This document shows, in pieces, positions 25,816 to 37,578 of a DNA stretch of 64,000 bases. The translations under genes and the position numbers were made by a program. The stretch comes from Octopus sinensis (taxonomy: Eukaryota). The DNA lies in the NCBI RefSeq assembly GCF_006345805.1, contig NC_043015.1, positions 38,564,001 to 38,628,000 on the forward strand, written 5' to 3'. How positions within the stretch are numbered: the stretch's first letter is position 1; each line of letters starts with the position of its first letter. Under the pieces are notes generated by a model. It did no database searches and was not told the origin of the DNA. It saw only the letters and a list, made by a program, of their open reading frames with translations.

Positions 25816-28174
25816 TTTACTTGAAATTTGGGGGAGGGGGCTAGTCTATTACACTGACCCCAGTGCATAACTGGTACTTATTACACCAACTCCGAAAAGA
25901 TGAAAAGCAAAGCCAACCTCAATGGAATTTAAATTCAGAAGATAACATTGGACAAAAATCTAAAATGTAGAACAAACATAGAAATTGAAGCTTTTAGAAA
26001 TAGCAGCCAAGCATCCTCCAAATAGCTACGCGTCAATTAAAAAAGAACATTGAGTCCTGGATATATGAAAAGACGAAATGGTCATGGGCGGAACGCCTTT
26101 GATCATAGGTTACTTATTCAGAGCTGGCCTGGGATTAAACAACAACCACCCTAATGAAGATTTATACAGATGGACATTAACATATCACGAATCTATTAAA
26201 CCAACTGAAAAGCTTTGACATATGTTTGTGTGTGATTTAGACACTTTCATTCCATTTATAAATTAATTCAATGTATAAAAACTATATATCTCTATGCACA
26301 CGTGTGATGTGTGTGTAATTCTATTGTAAAAAGCCTACGCAGTTTTACCGGTTTGAATAAGCCAGCATTAATGAAAGAAACCAAGCCTCAGCAAAATTCC
26401 TAACTTAGTAAATGTATTGAATCAGTTGTTCATTTATATATTTTTATGTTTTCGTGTGTGTTTAAAAACAATTTCAACACACACACCGAGTACATACCTA
26501 CATATATACGTGTGCGTGCGTGTATGTATGTATGTATGTATATATATATATGATCAAAATAAGCAACAAGGATATCCAGAGGCAGTGTAGTACAATCGTT
26601 TCATGCCACTTCATCTAATTAAACAATGTAAGTATTACATCAGTTTTTAAATGAAGTAGCATGAAACGATTGTACTACTCTACCTTGGTCATCCTTGTTG
26701 CTTATTTTGATTATAATCACCCCATTTGATATATATGGATTATAACCATACCAAATTCTGGTGCCTTTGACTCAAGTACCATATTCATCTGAATCTAAAT
26801 TTTTACTGAACTTATATATATATATATATATATATATATACGTATATATATATATATATATGTGAATGAGAGAGAGACGAGAGATAAGAAAGTTTGTGGG
26901 AGTGTTTGTTATTCGGGAGATAACAGCTGTTGGAATGATGACGTTGCACATGCGAGCGAGAGAGGAAGGAGGGGGGGAGAGAGTCGGCTTTGGGAGAACG
27001 ACATGCTTCCGACATGATTTTTGTTGTTTTTTTTTTTTTTGCACCATTACATATTGTCATCGATATATGTGTGTGTGTACATACATATATCGATGAGGGA
27101 GAAAGAGAACTGCGTCGTGTAATAATCTCTTATGCCAATACTGAGCGACAAAACAACCATTTGATAAAAAAAAATAGATGAATAGACAGCAAAGACAACG
27201 TGTCAATATTTTCTGACTGAAGCAGAAATACAACCACATTAATTTGCGGCGAAGAATTTAGTTTATTTAATAAAGATAATAATATGGTATTTTGCCACAA
27301 GACAATGAGACCGTGTGTGTGTGTGTGTTCGCCGATTGCTACAAAAGTGCTAGCATTTCATTTGTACGAATTCATCTTGGATATTATGGGTGTGTGTGGT
27401 CTGTCTGATCGGAACATGGTCTCGTTCGACATGGGTGGAATGCGTGTATGGAATTCATAGCTTTTCTTCTATTTAAACCACCCTTTTTAGACGAAACTGA
27501 AGAACAATTAAGGGAAACATGACCTTCCTCGCATCATCTGGGATGGGGGGATGACACACCACAAGGGAGGCGGGGACAGTCATGCCATTCCTGTCCCTGG
27601 AAGCTGACACTTTTATATTCGTTATTCTAATCTTTAAAGAACCACACAGACACACACACACGTACATACATACATACAGCAATGGTGTGCTGGCATCACC
27701 ATCTATTTTTGTCTGGACTTGTTTCTTGAGAAACAGTCGGTTTTTTTCTCTTTTTCTTGGATTAATAGATAAGAATTCTGGTGGTAATGGCTATGATGAT
27801 AATGGATTTCTTCGACACAGGAACGAAAGGCTTCGAGGTTTGTTAAAGGAGGGCGAGAGCAGACATATCAGGTTGTCTAACATGCTTGCTTCGTTTTTGC
27901 CTATTCTTTTTCTTTAAAAAGAAACCCTGGAGCAACAGCAAACCCGAACCAAATCGTGGGCTTCTTGCAACCCAAGCAAAGCTCACCCTTCATGTAATTG
28001 CTGGTTTAATTTTTCTTTGAACCATTAAAATTGATAAAACCGTAAAGCATTATCAGAAAATTAATCTCATCTCTTAATATATATACACAAATGGTTACAT
28101 ACAAGTGAAACACTGGGTAAAACCTTATCACCGATTATAAAAACACAATTTGATGATGACGATAGATACGAATG

Positions 28175-28460
28175 TATATATATATACACACATCACACAT
28201 ACACGTATGCATATGTAACATATACACACAATCACGTAAGCATTTAGAACATATATATACACACATGCATGCATATACAACATATATGTACACACATACA
28301 CGTATGCATATGTAACATACACACACTCACGTATGCATATAGAACATTATATATATACACACATGTATGCATATACAACATATATACACACACATGTACG
28401 CAAATACAACATATATATACACACATACATGTATGCATAAGCAATGTATATATGCATGTA
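28175..28460. repeat. AT/AC-rich ~28-bp minisatellite at the start of TMEM214 intron 1
   Basis: Recurrent ATATACACACAT..(C/T)GTATGCATAT..AAC units. Confidence 0.7.
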
Positions 28461-28494
28461 TGCTTCTTTTTCTTTTTTCTTTTTGAAACCTTAC

Positions 28495-28621
28495 CTTTTG
28501 GTTGTAGTTTCGGCATCCGTTCTAGCAGAGCTTTTTTCTGGGATTTGGTCAACACTTCATTCTTGCCTTTTTTGCTCTTGCTGCCCTTCACAACCTCCCA
28601 CGAACCCACTGATGTAGCCAT
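28495..28621 (-). CDS. TMEM214: TMEM214 coding exon 1 (MATSVGSWEVVKGSKSKKGKNEVLTKSQKKALLERMPKLQPK, ends phase 1)
   Basis: ATG at 28621. The N-terminal G-x-WEVVK motif matches TMEM214 (human GRWEVVKK). Donor AAG|GTAAGG; 127 nt; phase joins exon 2. Confidence 0.92.
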
Positions 28622-28739
28622 CTTTGATGGGAAGACGTTTTGTTGATTAAGTGTTCACGCTACGTTTACCGTTTACCTTCCGCTGTTGACCTCACGCTAC
28701 GGGCTGCTGAACAAGACGGGCGACGGTGAACTATAGGCC

Positions 28740-29590
28740 GAGTGAGAGGGAGAGTGCTAGTAGAGGCAGCGAGGGAGGACGAATAGGAAGAGGGAGAGAG
28801 AGAGGGAAATAGAGTATGAGAGGGGTAGTTTGAGAGTTGAAGTGGGAGATAGAAGAGAGGAAGATAGAAAGATAATTGAGAGCGAAGATAAAAATGATAG
28901 AGAGAGAGTGAGTGAGTATTAAGAGACGATGGGAGTAGGCAGCTGTCATAGGAGTAAGAATAAAGAAAGATAGATTAACAGATGGAAAGAGAGAGAGAGA
29001 GATACAGAGATGGCAAGTGGAAGTGAGAGGTAACTTAAAAGTGGGAGAAGTGAAAGAGAGAGAGAGAGAGTATAATGGGGAGAGGTGAAAAGTAAGAGTT
29101 GCAGTGGGAGAGAAAGTTAGTGATTAAAAAATAGGAGAGATAGTAAAAGAGAGGAAATAAAGAATGTATTTATGTGGAAGAAGGGGAGTGTGAGAGTGAG
29201 AGTGGAAGTAAGAGCGGAAGTGAGATTATGTGATAGACGTATATTTTTGGCCAAGGTGTGTATTACGAGGGAGAAGAAGGGGAAAAGAGAGTGTGAATGA
29301 GAGTGGCGGAGGGGCCGGAAGTGAGAGATAAAGAAAGCTATTATTAGAGAGAATGAATGGTGTGTGTGTGATAGATAGACATTGAAAGAGAGAGGGGGAG
29401 AGCCGGGTAATGGAAAAAGAGAGGGTATGATAGATTGAGAGTTGAAGTGGGAGGAAAAGTGACCGGTATTACTACAAAGCTTGAGTAGGAGAGAAAGAGA
29501 GTATAAAGTTAGTGTGTGTAGGGGGTAAAAGTGAGAGCTAGACTTAAACAAGGAGGGGGAAAGTGGGGTAACACTCGGGGGAAAAGGAAG
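28740..29590. repeat. Purine-rich (GA) low-complexity tract upstream of TMEM214
   Basis: About 850 bp of strongly A/G-biased plus strand. Confidence 0.85.
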
Positions 29591-29596
29591 AGTTTT

Positions 29597-29606
29597 GTGA
29601 CGTCAC
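29597..29606. promoter_or_regulatory. Palindromic CRE (GTGACGTCAC) ~1 kb upstream of the TMEM214 start codon
   Basis: Perfect TGACGTCA within a CpG-containing unique block. Function is inferred only. Confidence 0.35.
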
Positions 29607-31405
29607 TCTATACAGCCGTGCGAGATAATGGCCATGCGTCTTATGTGCTCTGCCGGTTCTTGCTTGTTCTTCATGTTTGTACATGGACTGTGTGAGGGAA
29701 GGGAAATAATGGTGTGTTGATAAGTGATGTTAGTTGATAAATAAAAGGTTTAGAATGAGGTAGAAGAAAGAAACGAGAGTAGAGTAGTCGTGGTGGTGTT
29801 GGAGTCGGCATCGTATCCTTGTAACGAAAGCGATAAGGTTTCGTCCTGTGTTAGTGTTTGTGTAGAAAAATTTACTTTTATGTTAGTATGAACACATCGT
29901 TATTTCCTGTGAGCGGCTTCTCCTTCGCCGGCTGTCGACTTAGCAATCAAAAATGATTTCCAACGGTACCGAGTAGTATGATTGCTTACTAAAGGGAGTG
30001 TCCAAACTCTTTTGGACCACATCGTAACACAACTTTCCCTTTCCGGTAAAATCTGCTAAACCAGGAGTTGCTACAATCCCTCCTCTGACAATTATTTTGT
30101 TTTACAACATGCTAAAGATTCATTTGTCTCTATCAGCTTTTGATGCTTTTCTCGCAATTTTCTGCTCTCTGCAATTCACAGACCACTGTTCTACTGTTTC
30201 TTTGTAGTCTAATGCCAACCGGGTGGGGTCAGCCTGGGTTTAAAAACGAACCCACATCCCATTTCCGCTTAACGTATTGTTCACTGCCATCCTCATACTT
30301 CATATGCAACTTTGAGTGCCTCGTATTTTAAGCCACAAAACAAAACAATAGTGCAGTGAGGGAGAGAGTGTTAGAGCAGAAAAGTGGGAAAGAAAAGAGA
30401 CTGCAATTAAGGAAAAAGTGGGACAATTATTGTTACAGAGATAGAGAGGGAGAAAGAGAGTGAAAAGTTGGTAAGGTAAAAAAGTTAAGAACAAAGTAAT
30501 TTTATTGTAATGAAGAAGCAAGAATGTCAACATTTCTGACCGTGGTCCTTTGCCAAAATATTAAAAAAAAAAAAAAGAAGCAAAAAAAGATGAGAAGCGA
30601 ATGTTCTCAGTACTTCTTTTCACTCCATATTGCCTTTCCAAGGTAACCATTAACCAGAGAATCAAGGCATGTTGCTTAGGTGTCAGCCAAACCCATGGCA
30701 TCAAGTGGACCGTTGATATATTCTTGTAATATGGCTTGGAAATGCCAAATACTTTATTCTGATTCTACCTGCACCTTCTAGTCATTTGTTTTGAACTCTG
30801 GGTCTTCACTTCCCTCTTGCATTACTTTTTTCTCTGGAAACCGACCAAGTGCTGTCAGAACTTGCTCTGTTCCAGCCTTGACACCACTGACAACTGTGTT
30901 GACACAGACCTGTCATTTATGATTGGTTAATGATGAAAGCACATTGCATGCTACTCTCAGGAGAAATCACAGCTTAGCTGGCTTAATTTTCAACAACATA
31001 CCCTACAATAGCTTTCCTTTGCTTCTCATGCCACACACACACTGGTTCCCCAACCCCCACCAATTTTTTGTCATTTGCTCTTCCTATACAATCTAGCAAA
31101 CCTCTCTGGTCATAATATTTCACCAGTTCTTGTGATTTCAATGAAATATCTGGTGGGGGTTTTTTTTTAATATCTATATTTATATTCCAGCTCATCTGCC
31201 ATGTTCGGTCAATAGAGTGGATTTATAATCCAAAGTGTACAGTTAATATACATCCACCACGGCTGATCTCACTGATTGGTAAGAGCAGTTGTGATGGATA
31301 TATAATAATGTAAACTTCAGATAATATATATATACAAATATATATATTGTTTGTAGAAAATATTAATCTGGAGAAGAAGCACACTCTAAGATGTAGAGCA
31401 GTGTG

Positions 31406-31576
31406 TATTTTAAAAATGGGGAAGGCCAGTTTATGGGAAAGGCCTTTCTCCCTCCATATTTTAAAGAGGTCTTAGGCCAATGGGTTTTAGGGTCTGGCGA
31501 AACGCCATAAAGCTAAGCTCTTTATGGACGGGAAACCCAGAGTAATCCCATAAACTGGCCTTCCCCATTTAAAATA
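31406..31576. repeat. Short fold-back element
   Basis: Arms TATTTTAAAAATGGGGAAGGCCAGTTTATGGGA / TCCCATAAACTGGCCTTCCCCATTTAAAATA, plus an inner CCATAAAG/CTTTATGG pair. Confidence 0.75.
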
Positions 31577-31773
31577 TATATATATATAATATATATAAAT
31601 TAGAGAAAAAACACTATTATGTAATTCAAACAATGATAGACATAAACCAAATCTAAAGAAAAAATAAAATTAAAAATAAAATAAAATAAAATAAAATAAA
31701 TTGATTTAATACTAAATTGAATTTTTCCCTGTAAGTTTGGAGTTACATTCCCTAATATTATTATTATCATTAT

Positions 31774-31826
<53 letters not shown>

Positions 31827-32769
31827 ATATATATATATGTAAACATTACACAAGCCATAGATTCTTCAAGATTAAATAGTAATTAATTCCAACATAGCTG
31901 TCCATTTAAAGAGAAGACACTTTAATGACCAGTGATCAAATATAAACACATTAAGTTACCTATCATTATCTTCAGTTTGTTTTGCTGACAACTCACAGTC
32001 AATTGATTATTTCTAATTATCCAGTAACACAGAGCAAAGGTGGTGGTGGTGGTGCACTGGCAGAATCATTAAGGTATCAGACAAAATACCTGGCAATATT
32101 TGCTCTGGTTCAAGGTGGTGAGCTGGTAGAATTGTTAGCATGTTTAGGGGTATTTCATCCGTCTTTATGTTCTCGTGTTCAAATTCTGGTAGGGTTTACA
32201 TTACCTTTCATTCTTTTCATCCGTTAGATGGATTCAGATGAAACTTTCAGGGATGTTTGGCCTTGTGACTGGCATGAACTGATTAGATTTTGGGCTCAAT
32301 CCAGTCTCAAACAAGGATTCTGGATTATTTTTCCTGTTTTTTTTTACTTAACTTTTGAGAACAGTCACGTTCATTTTTAGTATTCCCATTTGTAAGAGCA
32401 ATCGAGTTTATTTCAGATATTCTCGTTTTAAAAATCGTCTCTGACTAATCATTGAGAGGACATTGGTGTTGCCTTGGCAGAGGTTTGCACTCTCTGAGTA
32501 CTCTTGTTATTATTATTATTATTATATTAAGACAGCAAACTGCCAGAATCGTTAGCATGCTTCATGGCATTTCATTCATCACTATGTCCTAAGTTCAACT
32601 TTGTCTTTCATCCTACAAGGGTCAATAACAGCTTCCTAAAATTGCTGACCATGTGCCAAAATTTGTCACCAATATTTGCTCAAACTCTTATATCCAGAGT
32701 TCAAATCCCACTGAGGTAAACTTTTATCCTTCCAAAGTTGATAAAGCAAATACCAATATTGGGATCAAT

Positions 32770-33310
32770 CATCATCAACATCATCATCATTTAACGTCCG
32801 TTTTCCATGCTAGCATGGGTTGGACAGTTCGACCGGGGTCTGGAAGCCAGGAGGCTGTGCCAGGCTCCAGTCAGATCTGGCAGTGTTTCTACAGCTGGAT
32901 GCCCTTCCTAACGCCAACCACTCCGTGAGTGTAGTGGGTGCTTTTTATGAGTCACCGGCACAGGTGCCAGGGAGGCTGGGAGCAGCCACGATCGGTTGGT
33001 GCTTTTTACATGCCACTGGCACAGAAGCCAGTCAAGGTGGCGCTGGCATCAGCCACGTTCGGATGGTGCTTTTTACGTGTCACCGGCACGGGTATCACAA
33101 CTACAATTTCTACTTGATTTTTTTTGATGTTGACTCAATATGTCTCCCCAAGCACAGCGGGTCACCCTACAATCCAAGGTTAGCACAGCAGGCCGTCCTG
33201 TGAGCCATGAGCTCACTTCATTTGTCGGGTCTTCACAGTCACAGCATATCTCAGATCTCGGTCTTTCGTGATTGCCTCTGTGAGGCCCAACGTGCCACCG
33301 GCATGGGGCT
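32770..33310 (-). mobile_element. RTE LINE 3' end (same family)
   Basis: Tail, internal modules and the ORF2 end (TTGGGCCTCACAGAGGCAATC) are all present. Confidence 0.8.
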
Positions 33311-35591
33311 CATCAAGTAACCCCCATCCCCCTATACTTGTGGCCTTCTGCCTAATTTCACAGTAGAAGCAATGCACTCATTCTATTTCATTATGTTCTG
33401 AATTAAAATCCTGCCAAGTTCAACTTTGCCTTTCATTCTTTTAGTGTCATCAAAATAGAGTACCAGTTAAATACTGGGGCTGATTTGATCAATTGGTTAC
33501 CTGTGCCAACAAGCATGGAATAGCAGAGCTCCAAATTTCCACCCAACTGTGGGAGTCTGACAACAGGAGAAGTGATTCACTGGGGTACACTACCTTCACA
33601 CCATTATTATCTACGAACAATTAGCATCCCTTGTCCTTGTGATCCTAAGATTGTGGTTTTGATTCCTGGACCAGGGGATGTGTTGTGTTCTAGAGGAAAA
33701 CATCTATTTTATGCTGTTCATCCACTCAACTGGGAAAAATGAGTAATTTTGCAAGGGACTGGCGTCCCATCCAGTGGAGGGAGTATATACGTCACAGAAT
33801 CTTGGAAACTGGCTTTGTGCTCAGGATGAACCTATGATTCTTTGTTTTTAACACCTCAACAGACACATATACATACAGACATCCTACCATTCTCTCTCTC
33901 ACATATGCACCCTTCCTAAAGGTGGAACTCCACAAAAAATGAGATTATGCTAACAAAAATTAAGTCCATACCAAAGCAGTGAACTACTTCTCCAACCTGC
34001 AATATCACGAATATTCAAAAATTATCAAATTATTGAAGTTACCTCCCTTGCCTGTTTTCCATTTTAGACGAAAAAGTCTGCTAAAGGCTAGGATAATAAT
34101 CTCAGTTCATCGTAGTTTTTCAGCTCACTGTATTATAGTTGTGAGCCCCTACTGTGTCTGTATTTAGTATGCCAAAAGCTGCTCTGAAGTATTTTTCCTT
34201 TCAACATTATTATTATTATTCGAATGCGGCCGATGTCAATGCCACCTGACTGGCTCCCATGCTGGTGGCACATAAAAAGCACTCACTACACTCTCGGAGT
34301 GGTTGACGTTAGGAAGGGCATCCAGCTGTAGAAACCTTGCCAGATCAAATTGGAGCCTGGTGCAGCCTCCTGGTTTGCCAGTCCCCAGTCAAACCGTCCA
34401 ACCCATGCCAATATGGAAAACGGGCGTTAAACGATGATGATGATAATGAGCATATCATCAGCCCTCGAGCTGTTCAAAAACACACATTTTATTAAATAGA
34501 TGGTCCATAATACACTTCAGGACATGCGAGGGGAAGGTTCCAAGAGAGGTGAATTCTAAATAAGCAACAAATGATGGATAGGTGTCGATTCATTACAGTC
34601 GTTTCTAACAAATTTTTTAATTGATTAATGAGTACATTATAAAAAACTGTTTCCATCAGATGCAAATACAAATTTTACAATCAAGGACATTTAAAAACAT
34701 TTTAATCTATGGCATGTACATAGGTACAGGAGTGGCTGTGTGGTAAGTAGCTTGCTTACTAGCCGCATGGTTCTGGGTTCAGTCCCACTGTGTGGCACCT
34801 TGGGCAAGTGTCTTCTACTATAGCCTCAGACCGACCAAAGCCTTGTGAGTGGATTTGGTAGATGGAAACTGAAAGAAGCCCATCATATATGTGTGTGTAT
34901 GTTTGATCCCCTCACCATCATTTGACAACCGATGCTGGTGTGTTTACATCCCCGTAACTTAGTGGTTCAGCAAAAGAGACCGATGATAGAATAAGTACTA
35001 GGCTTACAAAGAATAAGTCCTGGGGTCGATTTATTCGACTAAAGGCGGTGCTCCAGCATGGCCGCAGTCAAATGACTGAAACAAATAAAAGAATATTTGG
35101 TGATACCAAGATCAACACTTACCATTGGATTTCGCCCCTTAGAGTGCCCCTACTAATACCTGATGGCTTCAATGTTATGTACTTCCCTGTGAGCTCCATG
35201 TTATCATACCTAGCCATTTCTGACATTCTATGTGTTGATGTGTTTTAATTCTAGGGAGTCCAATTCAAACTAAACCATATTTGTATGCGACAGGTTTCTT
35301 TCTCTTCTGCTTACCAAATCCACGCAAAGTGTTTTGGTTGGCCCAGGACTGTTGTTGAATACATTTCACTGAAGAGGTTTAATAATACCAAAATGCATCC
35401 TTTCCTTTCATCAGTTGGTTTTATAAACTAGATCAACTCCAAACTGCTTTATTTATATTATCCCAAAATTTCAATCAACTGACCTTGTTACAATTATCTC
35501 CCTTGTATTATATATATATATATATGTTTTTTGTTTTTAATTTTAAATACTCCTCATGGAGATTTATTTTACTAACTACTTTGACAATCTC

Positions 35592-36133
35592 AGTGACTCA
35601 TGGGATGAGGTGGTCAAGCATGACCTTCGAACGTTGGGCCTCACAGAGGCAATGACGAAAGACCAAGACCTCTGGAGATATGCTGTGACTGCAAAGACCC
35701 AACAAATAACGTGAGTTCATTGCTGTTTCCTGAACCAGCTTCATATAGAAGCCCCAGCCCATCCAAAGTACCTTGGATCGCAGGATGGCCTGCTGTGCTT
35801 ACCTTGGATCGTAGGGTGACCTGCTGTGCTTGAGGAGACCTATTGAGTCAAGTACATCAGCATCAAAAAAATCAAATGGAAATTGTAGTTGTGATACCTG
35901 TGCAGGTGGCACGTAAAGAGCACCAACCAATCGTGGCCATTGCCAGCCTCCTCTGGCCCCTATGCCGGTGGTACGTAAAAAGCACCCACTACACTCACGG
36001 AGTGGTTGGCGTTAGGAAGGGCATCCAGCTGTAGAAACACTGCCAGATCAGACTGGAGCCTGGTGCACCCTCCTGGCTTCCCAGACCCCAGTCAGACTGT
36101 CCAACCCATGCCAGCATGGAAAGTGGACCTTAA

Positions 36134-36165
<32 letters not shown>
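35592..36165 (+). mobile_element. 5'-truncated RTE-clade LINE: ORF2 C-terminus, 3'UTR and (GAT)n tail
   Basis: SWDEVVKHDLRTLGLTEAMTKDQDLWRYAV, then GTGCC-NNN-GGCAC modules, GGCGTTAGGAAGGGCATCCAGCTGTAGAAAC, CCATGCCAGCATGG and a (GAT)n tail. Confidence 0.8.
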
Positions 36166-36167
<2 letters not shown>

Positions 36168-36461
36168 GCTATTTCAGTATGACTGAATTTCTTCAACTCC
36201 TTACATTGTTCCACCACATTCGCCATTTGCTCTACATGGTGTAGTTTCTGATTAATTCCTGTTGCCATGTTAGCCACATTAAATGTGGTTGTCCTGCAAT
36301 ATATAAATATTTAGTCAAGAACAAGACACTCACTTCATCAGTTAAAACCACATTCATGAAACTGCCACTCAAACATTACTTCATAGCAACCACCCCTTTC
36401 CACCACACCACCACCTCTGCAGTGACCTTAACACCTTAGCAGAGACTGAGTGTGTGTGTGT

Positions 36462-36498
<37 letters not shown>

Positions 36499-36680
36499 CA
36501 TTTCTATAATTAGAGAGAAAAACAAAAAGATCAGAGAAATATATGGACAGCTGTGTGACTAATAGGACAGTCTAAAGTAGGTGTCTGAAATGAAATGGAG
36601 AGAGAGGAGAGTAAGGAAACGAGTTGAGTAATGTAAAAAGAAAATAATAAACTTTTGAGTGTGTTTATGTGTAATAGATG

Positions 36681-36720
<40 letters not shown>

Positions 36721-36799
36721 TGTATAAATTCACCAACATCATATAATTCTCATAAAATTCTCTAGGAATAAAACTTCTAAAACATAGAGAAATTCAAAA

Positions 36800-36872
36800 G
36801 ACTGCTTTGGTCCAGTGGTAGAGTGCCTGCTATGTCTACATGAGATGTGGGTTCGTATCCCCTGCACAGCCT
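36800..36872 (+). pseudogene. Degenerate tRNA-like sequence (SINE head or tRNA pseudogene)
   Basis: TGGTCCAGTGGTAGAG A box and GGTTCGTATCC B box, but the acceptor and anticodon stems are mismatched. Confidence 0.45.
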
Positions 36873-37249
36873 TCAACATTTCCTACAGAAATACTTACAT
36901 GCTACAATTTACAGCTTTATGTGCTTTGAGATCCACTGTTCCAAAAAAGAATTATTTCCTGTTCTCTCGATATAATACATACATACATACAAATGGAGTG
37001 GTCTGTTGTGTTGAAGTATGTGGTGAAAGGATGACCTGGCTTCTGTAAAATAATATGAACACATTCATAAAACCAGGCCGTGAACAGATGGCCTGCATCA
37101 TGAACCTAAATGCATGGCAAAATTTGCAAGTGGTGCAGTGTGTGATGTTGCGGCATATTTTTCAGTTTGGTTATCAGTTGGAAGTTGATGTCTGCATGAA
37201 ATACTCAGAAGAGAAGTTGAATTCCAGAGATTTAGAGAGAAAGGTGTGA

Positions 37250-37578
37250 GCACACAGTCCTAGTGGGGTGATGGTTTGTATGCCTCAATGACCATGAGAA
37301 CTGTTCCAGCAGAGCACAAGGACTTGGTAAGGCCTCCCATGCTGGACAGGTCAAAGTACAAAGGCCAGACTAATATGGATTACTTCTCAGAGGTGAAAAT
37401 GAGTTTGCATAAGGTCAACACTTACATAGAAAAAAAGCAGAATTTATAGAAGCATCAACGATGATTCAGAACCAACAGGACCTAGGGGAAGAAGGCCTTA
37501 AGGGAACCCAGAGTTGAGTACAGTAGAGAAAAGTCGTTGATGGCTTATGTCCCACAAGGAGCAAAGGGCTTAAGTAAG
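37250..37578 (+). mobile_element. Probable internally deleted RTE derivative
   Basis: Ends ...GATGGCTTATGTCCCACAAGGAGCAAAGGGCTTAAGTAAG, an RTE-type 3' terminus. Confidence 0.4.

Noticed and set aside
27520-27625. LIM-like peptide EYKSVSFQGQEWHDC on the minus strand
   Set aside because: It lacks the following CxxC ligands and ends in a stop.
29628-29720. Signal-peptide-like 30-aa ORF of a divergent gene
   Set aside because: It ends in a stop with no good donor, and no downstream plus-strand exons were found.
30983-31195. Adenylate-kinase-like peptide (ELVKYYDQRGLL)
   Set aside because: The resemblance is too short, the acceptor is poor, the ORF includes microsatellite sequence, and there are no other AK exons.
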